A stretch of 64,000 nucleotides of DNA from the human T2T-CHM13v2.0 reference genome, Homo sapiens (GCF_009914755.1 NC_060926.1), one strand, 5' to 3'. Positions 15,736 to 30,100 are shown, numbered from the stretch's first letter. Numbers and translations are program-made. Notes: generated by a model not told the origin, from the letters alone.

Positions 15736-17168
15736 AGGTCAAGTATAATAAGACTAAAACTTATTTTGTTAATCAGTTGTTAATCAGTTCCACTATGATT
15801 TGTCCTCAGTAAAAATGGGGATCTGGGGAGGAAAAATTGTTTTAAAAGAAAACTATAGTACACATTTTACAAATTCTAGCATTGTCCATTATTTTTAAGT
15901 TTTTATTATTTGTCTACAATTTGGACTAAATCCTCAATTCTTTTCTGGCTACAAGTCTCCAAACTAATGTTTTAAATTTTTCCTCCCATTTTTCTCACTT
16001 AAAATCACTAGAAATTAATACTCAGCTTTTCTTGAACCATGCAAATTAAAGCTAGATAATTTGACAAAAACTTTGAGAAAAATCACCACAGCAACACATA
16101 CAAACATCCTTCAAGCTTGCTGATTTATGGACTACACACAAAGTTCATTTGAAGACCTTTCTGGATTTGAATAACACTCCAGAAAAAAATCTATTTGATT
16201 GTCACTAAAATCTAAAGATGTTTCAGAGACTCTTTAAAAGAACTTGTATATAGAATATTCCAGACATTAACTTTTGTTTTTCTTCTGTTTCCATAAAAAT
16301 GCCTCTTATATAGGATATGTTTGCCTGCATCCTATATAGAGGCCTAACCCATCTGCAGTGCCACCTCCTGAAACAGGACTAAGCTATTCTCAGGGCTAAG
16401 AGAATTCAAGAAAATATGGGAATTCAAGAAAATATGGGACAACATATTTAAATGTTATCTTTTCTGCTTATTTCAATTTGTTTTTCCATTCCTTTGGTTA
16501 CCTCGATCAAACAACCTCTAACCCAAATCTCTCCAAAGCTATCAACTTGGCTGTTAGTATGTGAAACTTTTTAAAGGTTCAAAGTGGGAACGGAAGGATA
16601 TCAAAATATTTTACTCTCAAACATGTTTCCTCGACATATTTTGAGATGGCTGTTCAGAAATCCAACAAACAGAAGTAGCCCTGTTAAGCTATCTTTGGTG
16701 GGTGAGATTTGCATCTGTAGAAAATCTGCATTGGTACAGCCAGGTCTTCTCTTATAGGGATTTATGGAAGATTAATTGAGATTCCGACACCTTTAAAAGT
16801 CTGAGACAAATATTTACCATCTATTCTCTTTGAGAGCTGCTACCTGTGAGGTTTCATTTACATAACAAAACTACCTTTGCTAGCCAGCCCGCCTCTGCTC
16901 TCCCTCCCATAATTTTTGTGCTGCTATAACCTGATTTACCACCATAACCTGTTTTTGGCCCTGTTCTGAGTCCTCATTTTTTCTGTAAACTTAAGTTGTT
17001 ATATAAGCTTATGCACCCCATTGTGAGTGTTTCAGGTAATCATTCCGTGATTCTCTCTTACATGCACATTAATAGGTTTGTGTACCTTTTCTTCAATTAA
17101 TCTTATGTGAGTTGGCTTTTCAGCAAACCTTCACAGGGCAAACAGAAAGGTTTCCCTTGGCCCCTACA
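15736..17168 (+). mobile_element. ERV1 (MER4-group) internal 3' part + PPT + LTR48/LTR49-like 3' LTR (16591-17168)
   Basis: Purine tract aaagtgggaa at 16581-16590 precedes LTR-like gaaggatatcaaaatattttac; ends ttcccttggcccctaca. Confidence 0.7.
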
Positions 17169-18570
17169 GCACCTCTGTTGAAAAGGAGCTGGCTATAAGT
17201 GTGTGTATTTATTTCTAGCTATTCTGTTCTGCTGGTCTATGTGTCTGTTTTATGCCAGTTTTTGTTACTATAGGTTTGTGTTATATTTTGAAGTCAGGTG
17301 GTTTGATGCCTCCAGATTTGTCCTTTTTGCTCAGGATTGCTTTAGCTATCTGGGGTCTTATGTGGTTTCATACAAATTTTAGGGTTTTTTTCTATTTCTG
17401 TGAAAAATGTCATTGGAATTTTGATAAGGATTACATTGAACCTTCAGATGACTTTGCTTAATATGAATGTTTTCACAACCTTCTTTAAATATATGCACAT
17501 GGGATATTTTTCTATTTATTGGTGTCTTCTTCGATGTTTTTCATCAATGTTTTAGAGTTTTCAGTTTATACAGGTCTTCTACTTAGTTGAATTTTTTTCT
17601 AATTTCAGGATTTTCTTTTTTGGTAGTTAATGTAAATGGATTGGTTTCCTTGATTTGTTTTTCAGATAATTTGTTGTTAGTATAAACAAATATGATTGAT
17701 TTTTATCTGTTGATTTATATTCTGCAACTTCCATTAATTTGTTAGTTTTAACACTTTTTTGGTGAAATCTTTAGGGTTTTCTATTTGTAAGATCATGTCA
17801 TCTGCAAACAGGAACAATTTTCCTTCTTTCTTTCAAATTTGGATGCTTTTTGTTTCATTTCTTATTACTCTGGCTAATACTTCCAGTACAATGTTGACTA
17901 GAATTGGCAAGAGTGAACATCCTTGTCTTGTACCTGATCCTCAAGGAACAACTTTCAACTTTACATCATTGAGAATAATTTTAGCTGTGGGTCTGTCATA
18001 TATGGCCTTTACTGTGTTGAGGTACATTCCTTCTACACTAATTTGTTGAGAGTTTCTGTGATGAAAAGATGTTACTTTTGTGAAATACTTTCCCTTCATC
18101 TGTTGAGATAATATGGTTTTTGGCTCTCATTCTGTTAATGATATATATATCACATTTATTCATTTATATGTGTGGAACTGTTTTTGCATCCCATGGATAA
18201 GTCCTACTTGGCCATGATGGATTATCTTTCTAATGTGCTATTGAATTAAGTTTGAAAGTGTTTGTCTTGGATCTTGGCATGTATGTTTATCAGGATATTG
18301 ACTTGTAATTTTCTTTTCTTGCAGTGTCTGTGTTTGACTTTGACATTAGGCAAATGCTGACCTCATAGATGCAGTTTGGAAATATTTCCTCTCAAGTTTT
18401 TTGGAAGAATTTGAGAAGGATTGTTGTTAATTCTTCTTTAAATATTTGGTAGAATTGTCCTGTGAAGCCATCTGGTGAAAAATTTTTTATTACTCTATTC
18501 ATTCTCTTTAGTCATTATTAGTCTGTTCAGATTTTCTCTTTCTTTTTTATTTGGTCTTGGTGATTGCCTA
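17169..18570 (-). mobile_element. L1MA ORF2 fragment
   Basis: Antisense ORF2 (atcatgtcatctgcaaacagg, gagtgaacatccttgtcttg). Confidence 0.88.
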
Positions 18571-18859
18571 TATTTTATTTAAAGCCACTAAAAATTAATA
18601 TTACTTTTTTACATATTTAAAAAACTGGAGCATATAGAATTGTTCTCAGGTCACATAGCTAGTCACCAACAAAGTCAAAAATTACACTCAAGCTTTCTTA
18701 AAGTTTCTCATAGATGGCATATCTTATGTCTCAGTATCTGAACGAATGAATAGTTTATGTCATATCTTGACACTGGAAAAAAATTTGTTGATTCAACAAT
18801 TCTTTCTGTTTTTAGAGGTTACTGAGGTTACTCAATTTCTTGCCCAGTCATTAGAGAGA

Positions 18860-19110
18860 TACTGTTCAAGTTTCCCAACAGATACTTCAAGTCTTTGATC
18901 TCTAGCCAATGACTTAACCCTTCTCAGTCAGAATTTCATCATATGAAAAATACACTTAACAGTAACTTCCTTGCAAAATTTTTAAAAGAGAAAATGAAAT
19001 TATGCAAATTCAATTCAGCTAATACTTGACAGGTATTTTCCATATGCAGACACTTAATGCAAAGTGCCTCCCTACAACACAATGCCCAGCACATAGTTAC
19101 CACTCAAAAA
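18860..19110 (-). mobile_element. MIR
   Basis: tgacttaacccttctcagtcagaatttcatcatatgaaaa...acaatgcccagcacatag. Confidence 0.55.
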
Positions 19111-19589
19111 TCAACACATTTCGGCTCACCTGTGTGTTCAACTTAAAAATACTTTTTATACACCGAAGTTGCAGTCTATTATATTTCCACTTAGAAGAAA
19201 ACTCTTTAACTTAATCTATGTAAGATAGAAATGCATCAAAATGTCTATTAATCTAAATGTTCTTTAGAATCTTTTATCCCTTTGGCCGTTTTATTGTATA
19301 TACACATAATTTTTATGATATGCAAAATGTTAGCCTTTGTTTAAGACAGCAGTTTTCTCATTAAACATTTGAGTTGTAGGAGAGTTGAAAATAGAGAACA
19401 ATGTAGTATAGACAAAAGGATTTAGATCCTGACATCAACTTGCGGAAAATACAGTACCTGTATTATTGAGCGTGGGGTGTTTTATAATACCAAAGTGATT
19501 GGATTCCTATGTAGACATGTCTGCATTAACTGGAAAAGATCTACATCTTCCCAGGGGTTTTAAATCCTTTGAAAAATATTTTTAGCATC

Positions 19590-19925
19590 AATTCTAAGTT
19601 CCTGTAACAAAGTAGAGTGGCTTAAATAGGATAGAAGTGTATTTCTTTCATATGACAATCTGGCTGGTCTAGGTCAGTGGGACAGCTCTGCTCTACAAGG
19701 ATGTCTGATAACCAGGCTCCTTGCATCTTAGTTGTTCTATTCTCTTTGTTTGCAGTTGTAAGCTGGTTGCTAGTTTTCTGAATTCCAGCTTATGGAAAAT
19801 AGGAAAGCAAGTCCAAGGCAAGTATTTTACTTGTAACAAGGGATGCCAAAGTTGTACTTACAATTTCCATTCCATTTTGCGGGGGGAACTTAGTCACATA
19901 AATGCATACAGCTGCAAGGGAATTA
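19590..19925 (-). mobile_element. MLT1 (J/K-like) MaLR LTR
   Basis: gtggcttaaataggatagaag...aacttagtcacata...agctgcaaggg. Confidence 0.55.
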
Positions 19926-21312
19926 TATTCCGTTATGACCACAAAATGGCATAACGGGGCTCAACATGACAAAATTCTTAGTTCTTTTAAGATTTATTTT
20001 GAGATTTAGTATCATATGTTTTAAAAATATATAAATACTCACTTTTTAGGGTATAAGACTCTATAAATATGGATATGTAACATTTATACATTTATTAATT
20101 TACAACCATCAGTTTCTCATAGAAACTTGGTATATTTGTTGACTATGAGTGTGATTTTGTTTTCTCTTTGTTATTCTGTCAATATATGGTCTATCTCTTT
20201 CCAGGAAATACGTTAGTGCATGCAATTTCATAAATATTATATGTTCTTGTTGGGTTGGTTCCCTCTTTATTAATTTTCTGGCCTAAATACTATTGTCTTA
20301 TTCATATTACCCCACAAAACTTTCTTTTAGTTAGTACTTACTAAAGTACCTCTCTTTTAAACTGTATATGAATCACCATGTATATAGAGAAGAGGCAGGG
20401 CCCTCTTGCCTGGAAAGATATCACTTTGCATTTTTCTGATTATCATGGTTGACTTTGGTGCTATGGCTGTAGCTCACTTTTTAATGTCTTCACTGGCTGT
20501 TCCAAGTTAACGTTGAGCTCAAAGCAAGTTTTGGGAATGTATTAGTGATTAATAACTTTTTTTACACTTTTCTGTAAGGATAAGAACTTTATGAGAATAT
20601 AAGGATAGCTGTAATTGTACCTGGAATAACCAATTCTACAGTCACAAATATTTGTGACTTTTTATATGTTGAGAATATTTTGAAAGTCATTGACAAAGAT
20701 GATGCTCTCTGATATAAACCATTGTCCAGCCCCCTGATCTCTAAATAAACCTTGAAATCTGAATTTTGTTTCACTGATTCCATTAAAATTGCTCTAAATA
20801 TGTAAACCATTTAGGAGTCAATTGATGGAATTTTACTTGAACTAGATGAAATCTTTGGGAATTTCTATGTCATCTTCCTGGAACTTGTATAGTGGATCCT
20901 GTTTGCATCCTTAGGTCTTCCTAAAATTAAGCAATTTCATGGCTTTAATAAAACAGCATTCTCCTTATAATTTTCTTGTCTGTTAATGGTACATTCTTTC
21001 ATCTTCTTTGAGGCCTCCTACTCTAGGTCAAATTCTGTAAGCTCAGACAAGGTTAGAGCTTTGATCTTCTTTTATTTGTACATGTTTATCATTAGTTGTC
21101 TATTCACCCTCACGATTTAGCTATCATTCTGAGCAGATGTTTTACAAAATTAATTTACAGACACAGCTTTTCTCTAGATTACTTATTCTTGAATGCCAAA
21201 CTAGGGCCCAACATTTCTACTGACACTTGACACTCAACACAGTCAACACTTCCTTTTGCTTTCTTCCTTTCATTTCATTACTCATTTCTATCAATTCTTC
21301 ATTTGAAGTATG

Positions 21313-21313
<1 letters not shown>

Positions 21314-21354
<41 letters not shown>
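21314..21354. repeat. Pure poly(T)41
   Basis: Counted directly. Confidence 0.95.
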
Positions 21355-21358
<4 letters not shown>

Positions 21359-24129
21359 AAACAGTGTGCTGGTGGTCAACATAATTTAATTAATTTTAAA
21401 GATGGTAGAGCATGACTTGAGTTCTTGTCATTGTTATTAATACTAATTTTCCTTTTCTGCAACAGACATGCTTGTAACCACCAGTTCTGTAGCATTTTAG
21501 ACCAATTAATTAAGTAGTGGAAACTAAAATACAGTTATTTTAAAAGGCTAGTTAACAATGACTCATTGTGTACTTACTGTTATAGTTACTGAAAGTAAAC
21601 CTGTAGTTAAGCACAAAAAATGAAATATTCATACCTTATTTAATCATAGGGCAACAACGGTGCTTACCTTTAGGACCTAGTCTCTTTTGAGTTTGCAGTG
21701 TCTATGCTAGAGAGAGCCATGAAATGATGAAATATAATTTTTAAAAGGCACATGTATTCTAAATGTAAATATTAGTAAGGGGTAAACATTAATTATGATT
21801 AAGTGTTTTTTGAAATGAAGATATTTTGGCATCTAATATGTAGACTGAAGTCGTTGAGAATAAGTTCTTAAATTGTCTCCTTTTCTTTCCTTTGTTAATT
21901 TCCTTACAGTAGCCTATGGCTTTTTTTCTCTGCAATATCTGTTTTCTATGGTATCCATTTATGATAAAACTATTAGCAGAGCAGAAGGTGACTGTGTCCT
22001 TAACAAACTGGCTGTTAACTTTTTGAGAGTTTATTTTTGTCTATCCTTACAACATCTGGTTATCAATTTGTAACTTATTTAGAGCCTTCAATTTATGTGC
22101 ATTGTGTCCTCTATTTAAAGGTGAGAACATATGCTTATTAGTTTTACCCATTTGCCAGTGGTATTTAATATATAAAAGCATTTTGCAATGTTTTAGAAGT
22201 ATTGCCAGTATGTCAAAAGCTTTAAAAGTTGTTTAATATTTTTTGAGGCAACCATCCTCACCTACTGCATTTTCCCATATTGCCTATTAAATACACCAGC
22301 CATCTGGAATCATTGTTGTGTCCAAGAAATCATTTTAATATAATCTTACAATTTAGTTGGTTAATAATCCATTAAGCATCATGGTATTGAAAAAATAATT
22401 TTACTGGTTAACATTTTAGAGAGAAGCAGGCTTCATATAAATTTTAGCTATTGGCCACCAGGCCCTAGATTTATCAGAAAATAGTTTGAGTGTCTTCATA
22501 GTTACACAGATATATACTTATTGAAAGGAAATGTACTAATAGATATAAAATATAGCATGTCCTGATAAGAAGCACGGTTAAGAAAAAATAAAGGATAAAT
22601 TAGTAATGTAAATCAAGCATTCAAAAACTTTAGGATTCTGCCAAAATAGCTAAGAATGAAGTCATAAATTGAGATGCTTTAAAATAAAATGTATAAATCT
22701 TCTGCCTTGCATTTTTGGGTTTAAAAATCTATAAGTTATTTCAGGCATTTTAAAATATTCGTAGCTTTGATTATAAATCAAACCAAAATTGAATACATTA
22801 GTAGAACTGGGTTGTAATCTGGGCTTTGTTACTAAAAAGCATAATTTTTCTGGGTCTCAGTTTCTTTCCTCATTCAGAAAATGACAGGGTGAGTCAGAGG
22901 TCATAGAAGAGCAGTCTGTGATTTTCTAGTATGTGAATCCAAATGTCTCTCTGTTCAGCAAACATCACTCTCTGTTTATTTATGCTAGATGATAATCCCG
23001 AAGATATTACGATTATCTCAACAGCCTCTTTTAAGCTAGAATTTTGCAGTTTTAAATGTTGTGCATACATCCATGTGATCATGTGAGACATTAAGAAACT
23101 TCAGCCAAAAAAGCAAGATTCTGGTTGCCTGAAACTTGACACTTGTCCTATTAAGCATTTATATCAGCCCTTTCCCCTCCCTCCCAGTTGTGGCCATGTT
23201 GGTAGCTTTCCCTGTACATTCCTAGATTGGTAGTCCTTAACATAGGCTTTAGTCAGGTACCATACAAGAAAAACTCTAGCTAATGGAAATGTTCATTTCT
23301 CTTTGAGTAAAAATAATCAATGGCCTCTAAAAGCAACAGAATTTTAATAGAGAGGTGGAGGACTTTTCGCAGATAAGTGATTCACCCATTAACAGTATGT
23401 CCTTGATATCATTTCCAGATACATACTTTCTTGAATTTGGCAACTTGCAGATGTTTCAAGGGGATGCCATCAGCAGACTTGTCCTTTTGATACACAGTAG
23501 TTCCAGAATGTCCTGCATATATTATCACATGACTTAATCAAAGTCTGTAAATTTCAGGAGGTGAAGAGTAGATCCATATATTATGACTTTGATGTCACTT
23601 TGATAAATATTGCTGGCTGTGACAATCATTCTATTCTTTGGGGATGGACTAAATGCAGGTGCTGTGATTCAGGAATATAATCAGTATCCTCAATATCAGT
23701 CACTGCAAGTCACCCATAATTTATTCTGACTCACTTAATTTGTATGAGGTGCCCATCAGAATGTAAGCTCTGGACATATTTTGATGTATGTACATTTTCT
23801 AGCTCCTGAGTCACCTGTTGAAATAAACAAAATAAAATATTTATTTAAAGTTCCCTATGTTTGTGAAGGGTGTCCCATTTTGCAAAGTGGTTTTGCTGAA
23901 TCGACCTGTCTCCTTAAATATTCACAGTAGCTCTCAGAGATGCACTGAAATATTGTTCACATTTTATAAATGAAGATACCAATGCTCAGAAAGAACAAGT
24001 GGCTCAGCCATCATAGCTCCTGAGTGACAGTGCAACCCCTTTCTGATGCCCATCCCAACATTCCTTCTATCACATCTCCTTCAGCAAAGCATATCAATGA
24101 ACCCTTCACATAAACGAAGTATAGAGAAA

Positions 24130-24310
24130 ATGGCTCTCAAAATATTAGTGTACATTGAAATCACCCAGAGGGTTTGTTCTAAATGCTTCATTATTTCCCA
24201 GCCTCTAAAGATAATGATTTAAAACGTTTTGGATAGGTACTAGAATTGACATTAAATAAATACTTCTGGATATTCTATGGCAAGAGGGTAGTAAATTACA
24301 CAATGTCAAA
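24130..24310. mobile_element. MER5-like hAT relic
   Basis: tggctctcaaaatattagtgtacattgaaatcacccagaggg. Confidence 0.45.
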
Positions 24311-24949
24311 TTCTGATTTATAAAAGCGTACCCCAAATCTTTACTAGTTTAAAAAAATAGCTCATACAAGAGAATATATTATTTGAGTAGAACAGGAATA
24401 CCTATCTTGGGTAAGTTTTATGCCTATGTGTGTAGTCTTGAGTTTCATATGAAAAACACAAGTCAGTTTAATTAACAAAGAGTTTATGCTATCTCTCGAT
24501 TTCATTACTTCATGACCTCAAGTAGCAGAGGCAATACTCTTGCTTGAAGCACATTCTTGAATGCCTGAAATTAAATAGAATATATTTGAACCAAAATTCC
24601 TATTCTCTTTCTTTTTCTTCTTACTCCTTCCTCACTGTGAATAAGCAGGTGTTAAAAAAGGAGATTTACAGTAGGATTTAAAATAACAATCTTTTAGAAG
24701 TGTAATTAAAAATGGAAAATAACAGCATGTTTCTATATTCCTGATGTATAAAGTATAAATATTTCAGAGAAATTCTGTTTCGTTACTAAAACATTGTAAC
24801 AAAAATAGGAAAGTAGTAAAAATAGTAAAAAAAAAAAAAAAAAAAAGGAGGAAACATAGAGTGTTAGTTCTCCCTAGCGCTCTCATCACTATTGGTCTAT
24901 CCACTGTGTCCTGAGCTAGAAGCAGGAAGAGAAATGCAAAGTGAGTGAG

Positions 24950-24953
<4 letters not shown>

Positions 24954-25007
<54 letters not shown>
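24954..25007. repeat. (TG)~27 microsatellite
   Basis: Directly visible. Confidence 0.95.
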
Positions 25008-25011
<4 letters not shown>

Positions 25012-25184
25012 AAACTGCTGCTACCAGAAAATGAAAAAAATAAATCTCCATTTTATTGAGAATATTGAATCTTTTATTCCTTTGCTTGTGGTAAGTAAAG
25101 AAATGACCTGTGTAATATACTTTCTCTGCCCAAATTAATCAAAGCTCCAAAAACCTAAGTGTTAAAAATAGAGGGCGTGCAGTG

Positions 25185-28100
25185 TCCCACTTCCAGCATG
25201 AAAAATCAGGAGCTCCATGGGCCTGTTCCCCAGTGCAACTGCTACAAATTATCTGGAAAACAAAACAAAAACAACCATTTAAAATTTCTGGAAATGACCT
25301 TAAAAGCATAAAGCAAATAAAGAAATATTTATTCAAGAAAATCTACTAAAACTCAATAAAAACGGTGAGAGCCCACGGTATTTGAACCAACGCTTACACC
25401 TTCAGGTCAGCCATCACTCTGGTGGGCACAAAGGGCCCTCTCTCCTGCCAGCTATCAGTTAGAGTGCTATGTTCTGAGGAGGTACAGGACATCAGCATTT
25501 GTCATCCTACCGAAGCCACCTGTTGCTGAAGCTAAGTTCTAGGTGAATGCAGATGAGACGTGAGGGCTCTCTTCTTCTACTCAGCTTCCACTCAGCTCGC
25601 ACTCAGAGGACAGAGGCTGTATCTTAGGCATGGCATTGCTGAGAATATGGGGCCCAAATCACCTTGGCTGTGGTTCACGGGTGGGGTTCAATGCTAAGAG
25701 AAACGAGCTGAAGAGACCTGGGGCTCCCTTCATTTACCAACTGCTCAGCTTCTAAAGTAGGGGTAACTCAGAAATATAGCATTGTCTTCTTCCCCAGCAC
25801 AAGAATATAGGCTCAGAGATTTTGCCTGGGGGAAGAAGCAAAACTGAGAGCTCTACATTTCTCCCTAATGGAATTGACTTCTTTTGCAACAGTGTGTGGA
25901 GAAGTTCAAGTGTAAGGGCAGTCTCAAAAACAGTGGAAGTTATGGCGAAAGACCATTGGGAGGACACTGATATTGAAGATATAAGCTAAACCATAGGCCA
26001 GCTAGTTCCCCAGTAACAGGGAAGGAGACAATTAGGAAGCACACACTAGGGGTCTCAAACACTATCCTGGGGAACTAACCCTTCCAAAGTCTGAATTGCA
26101 TTGGCTAAATCTGTGAAGCAAATTATGCCCCAGGACGTTTAAAAAAAAAACAATCCAACAATCTGTGGGCAATCAGTGGGGGTTTAAAAATTGTTTGTGA
26201 TCAGGGTACTGAGAGAGTCAAAGAGAGCTCTGCAAAAACTATTTTCATCCCAGAGTAACTGTGAATTAACACAGGCTGCACTCCCTGAGAAGCAACATCA
26301 GAGGATTCACCTTCACACTGGTTAGGGAAAATAGACTCAACTAAAATAATCCACACAGTCACTAAGTAAGTATACAAGTAAATAACAATAGCAAGACTTG
26401 GAGGGAAGAACCAGTATCCAGACTTGTACAATATGTTATCTAACATGTCCAGTTTCCAACCAAAAATTTAGAAGGCATGTAAAGAAACAGGATATTTTGA
26501 CTCTAGAGAAAAAGCAAGCAACAGGAACTATCCATGACAGCAAACAGATGTTGGATTAACAGAAAAAGACTTCAAAGTAGCCATTATAAATATGTTCAGA
26601 GAACTAAAGGAAACAGTGATTAAGAAATAAAGTATGATGACCATGTCATTTCAAATATAGCATATCAATAAAGAGAGACAGACATTCTAAGAAAGAATCA
26701 AATGCAAACGCTGGGGTTAAAAAGTATAATAACCAAAATTAAAAATTCACTAATGGGTACAACAGTAATTTTGAACAGCAGAAGAAAAATTGCAAATTTG
26801 AAGAATGGTTGATAGAGATTAGGCATGTGAAGAAGAGCCTATGAGAAGAATGAAGAAAAATGAAAAGAGCAATAGAGAAATGTGGGATACCATTAGGTGT
26901 ACAACATACATGTAATGCGAGTAAAAGGAGGAAAGAGAGAAAGAAAAAAAATTAGAAGAAATGGTTAAGAACCAAATTTATTGAAAAACATTTATATACA
27001 CTGCCAGGAAACTCAATGACTTCAAGTGGAATAAACTCAAAGAGATCCAAAAATAACACGCCATAGTAAAAATGCTGAAAGTCAAAGTCAAGGAGAAAAT
27101 CTCAAATACAGCAAGAGAGAAATACCTCACTACTTGCAAGGGAACGCTGTTAAAATTAAGGGCTAACTTTTAGCTGAAGCAAAGAAAGCCAGAATGCAGT
27201 GGGCTAATCTATTTAAAGTTCTCAAGGAACAAATGTGTCAACCAAGCACCCTATAGCTAACAAAGCTATCTTTCAAAAATGAAAATGAAATAAAACCATC
27301 CCAGAAAAACAATAACTGAGAGAGTCTGTAGCTTGCAGACTCACTTTACAGGAAATACTAAAGGAAATTCTTCAGGCTTTTTAAAAGGAGATAACCTCAG
27401 AAATTAGTTAATATGCAGATGAAAAAACAAAGAGTGCTGGTAAGATCCTATAAATGCATATTTTTTCTTTTCTTCTCTTAACTATTTTTAAAAGTAATTG
27501 TATAACACTCTCTTTACACACACATACTTTGTATATAGTATATATAGGCACTATAGATAGACAACTATAGATTAAGAGACAGGGAGAAAGAGAGAAAGGG
27601 AGAGAGAATTACTAGACCTATAACATAGAAACGTAATATATTTACCAATAATAGTACAAAGGAGGTAGGTAAGAGCAATGCTGTATTAGGCAAAGGAAAT
27701 GACTCCTAATAGAGAATATGACTCCAAACTCCATTGAGGTATTGCTACTCATAAGAGGACATTAGCTGCAGGGGTCTGCCCTCAGATCCTGACCCAAACG
27801 ACAGATGAGTAAAACGTACACTGACACACAGATACTCTGTTTTGCCAGTCCTGCTGTGTCCGCCAACTGTACAGCAAGAGAGGTTTTTCACTGTGGTTGG
27901 CCCTGAGCAACTCGCACTCCAGGCATTTATTTAGTGTACAATTAACAACAGAAGCTTCGAGTAAACAGACTTGAGGATAATTAACATGGTTAAGAGAGTA
28001 GTTCTATGAATGATTCAAGTTCAGGTACCAAGGTTTAAAGTAAATACCATTAGGGGGCAATTTCTCTGGTTGACCTCCCCCACTCAACCCCTCACCCCCG

Positions 28101-30100
28101 CCCCCCACCCCCCAGAGGGCCATCTGGCTCAAAGGTTAGTTAATGGAGGTAGCGTAAACAGACTTAACTGGGGAAGCCTCTGTTGTCCCTAGTATTTACT
28201 CTATGACCTAATGCTCTAAGGTAAGAACCTGCTGCCTTCAGCCTGTTCAATTATTACAGGCTATGTAACCTTTCAGCCTTCCAAAATGTTTGTGACTATT
28301 TCTTATAACTTTCCCTAATATTTTCTTTTAATATTTCTGCCACCATCCTGAGTGAATCCCAACACTCCATAAGAACAAATGAAGATCAACAGAATGACAT
28401 GTAAGAAGGTTAATATAACAAAAAATATAAATATATACTCACTATCCTTTACTTCCCTTAGCACCATTAAGACATTAAATTATGTAATGATTATCACACT
28501 GTAGTTAGAATTATAACAATTATAGATTTATTTATACCAATAATCCCTCCACAGTAGAAGAAAAAAGGAATAGAATAACATTTCTATATCTCACTGGAAT
28601 TGAATTAGTAAAACTGAAGCTGCTTCTAATATGTTCAGATGTATATAGTAAATCTTCGAGCAATTACTAACAGCTGAAAAGATACAGTGAAAAGAAATCC
28701 TCTAAAAAGTTAAAATGCTGCTATACAAAACACTCCCTTAAAGCAAACCTGTGAAGAAGTAATAGAGGAAGGAAAAGGACAAGAGCTCTGTAAAGTTAAA
28801 AGTAAAATGGCAGATGTAAATTCAGTCATATCAATAATAACATTAAGTGTGTATGAATTAAATAAAAAAGTAGACATTGTCAGATTGGAAAACAATACAA
28901 TATCCAACTGCATGCTATCTTTAGATTCAAAGATACAAAGAGATTGAAAGTAAACTGATGGGAAAAGATAAATTGCATGAACAGTAGTGACAAGAATGCT
29001 GGAATAACTATACTAACATAAGATGAAATAGACTTAAAATAAAAAATGTTAATAGAGATAAGGGGAAACACATTCTAATAACAAAAAGAGCAATCCAGCA
29101 GGAAGATATAAAAAGTAAACAACCATATATGCATCTAACAATAAAACACAAAAATGAATACACAAAAACTGACAGAAAGAGAAAAATAAAACAATTCAAC
29201 AATAGAGTCTTCAATATCTCACTTCAATAATGAATAGAAAAACCCAGCAACTGCAGAATATGCATTCTTCTCCAGTGCTCATGGAATATTATCTAGCATA
29301 CAACATTTGCTAGGCCATAAATCAAATCTCAATAAATTTAAATGGGTAGAAATAATACGAGCTTTGTTCTCTGGTCACAATAGGATGAAATTAAAAACCA
29401 GCAATAGAAATTTCAGAAAAATTATTAAAAATGTGAAAATTAGACAACACATTCCTAAATGACCAATGCATCAAAGTAGAGATGGAAAGGAAAAAAAGGA
29501 AATTCTTAAGATGCTTGGAAATGAAGATGATACAACATACCAAAAACTTATAGGATGCAGTAAAACGCAGCCTGGAGGGAAATTTACAGTTGTAAATGCC
29601 CATATTAAAAATTAAAAGAATCCCAGGTCAATAGCCTATCCTTCCACCTTGAGAAAATGGGAAAAAAGAACAGATTATACCCAAAGCAAATAAAAGAAAG
29701 AAAAATAATAAATATCAGAAAGGAAATTAATGAAATACAGAGTAGAAAAAACATAAAAGAAATATGAATGAAACTGATTCTAGTTCTTTGAAATGATTAA
29801 GAAATTTGACAAACCTTTAGTAAGTTTAATCAAGAAAAAAAGAAGACTCAATTCCTAGGATCAGAAATAAAAGGGGGACATGATTACTGACCTTACAAAA
29901 AGGAATGATTAAGGAATACTATGAACATTTGTGTGCCAAAACATTAGATAAATTAGAAGAAATGAGCACATTTCTAGAAAGACACAAACCACTGCTTCAA
30001 CAAGAAATCGATAACCTGAATAGACTTGTGATACAACAATAAAGAGATTAAATTAGTAATTTTAAAAACTTCCCACAATAAAAAGCCCAGGCTTAGAAGG
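25185..30100 (+). mobile_element. Old L1M: 5' UTR, ORF1, inter-ORF region, ORF2 endonuclease portion; 3'-truncated
   Basis: ORF1-like 26.4-27.4 kb (gacttcaaagtagccattataaatatgttc); ORF2 EN-like from ~28800 (atatcaataataacattaagtgtg; atacaacataccaaaacttataggatgcag). Confidence 0.85.
27735..28364 (-). mobile_element. LTR22 (HERV-K HML-5) solo LTR
   Basis: Minus strand starts tgttgggattcactcaggatggtggcagaaatatt, ends tacctca; 6-bp TSD CTCCAT at 27729-27734 and 28365-28370. Confidence 0.88.

Noticed and set aside
21873-21910. Strong + strand acceptor (ttttccttacag)
   Set aside because: No matching donor found nearby; T-rich background makes such sites frequent
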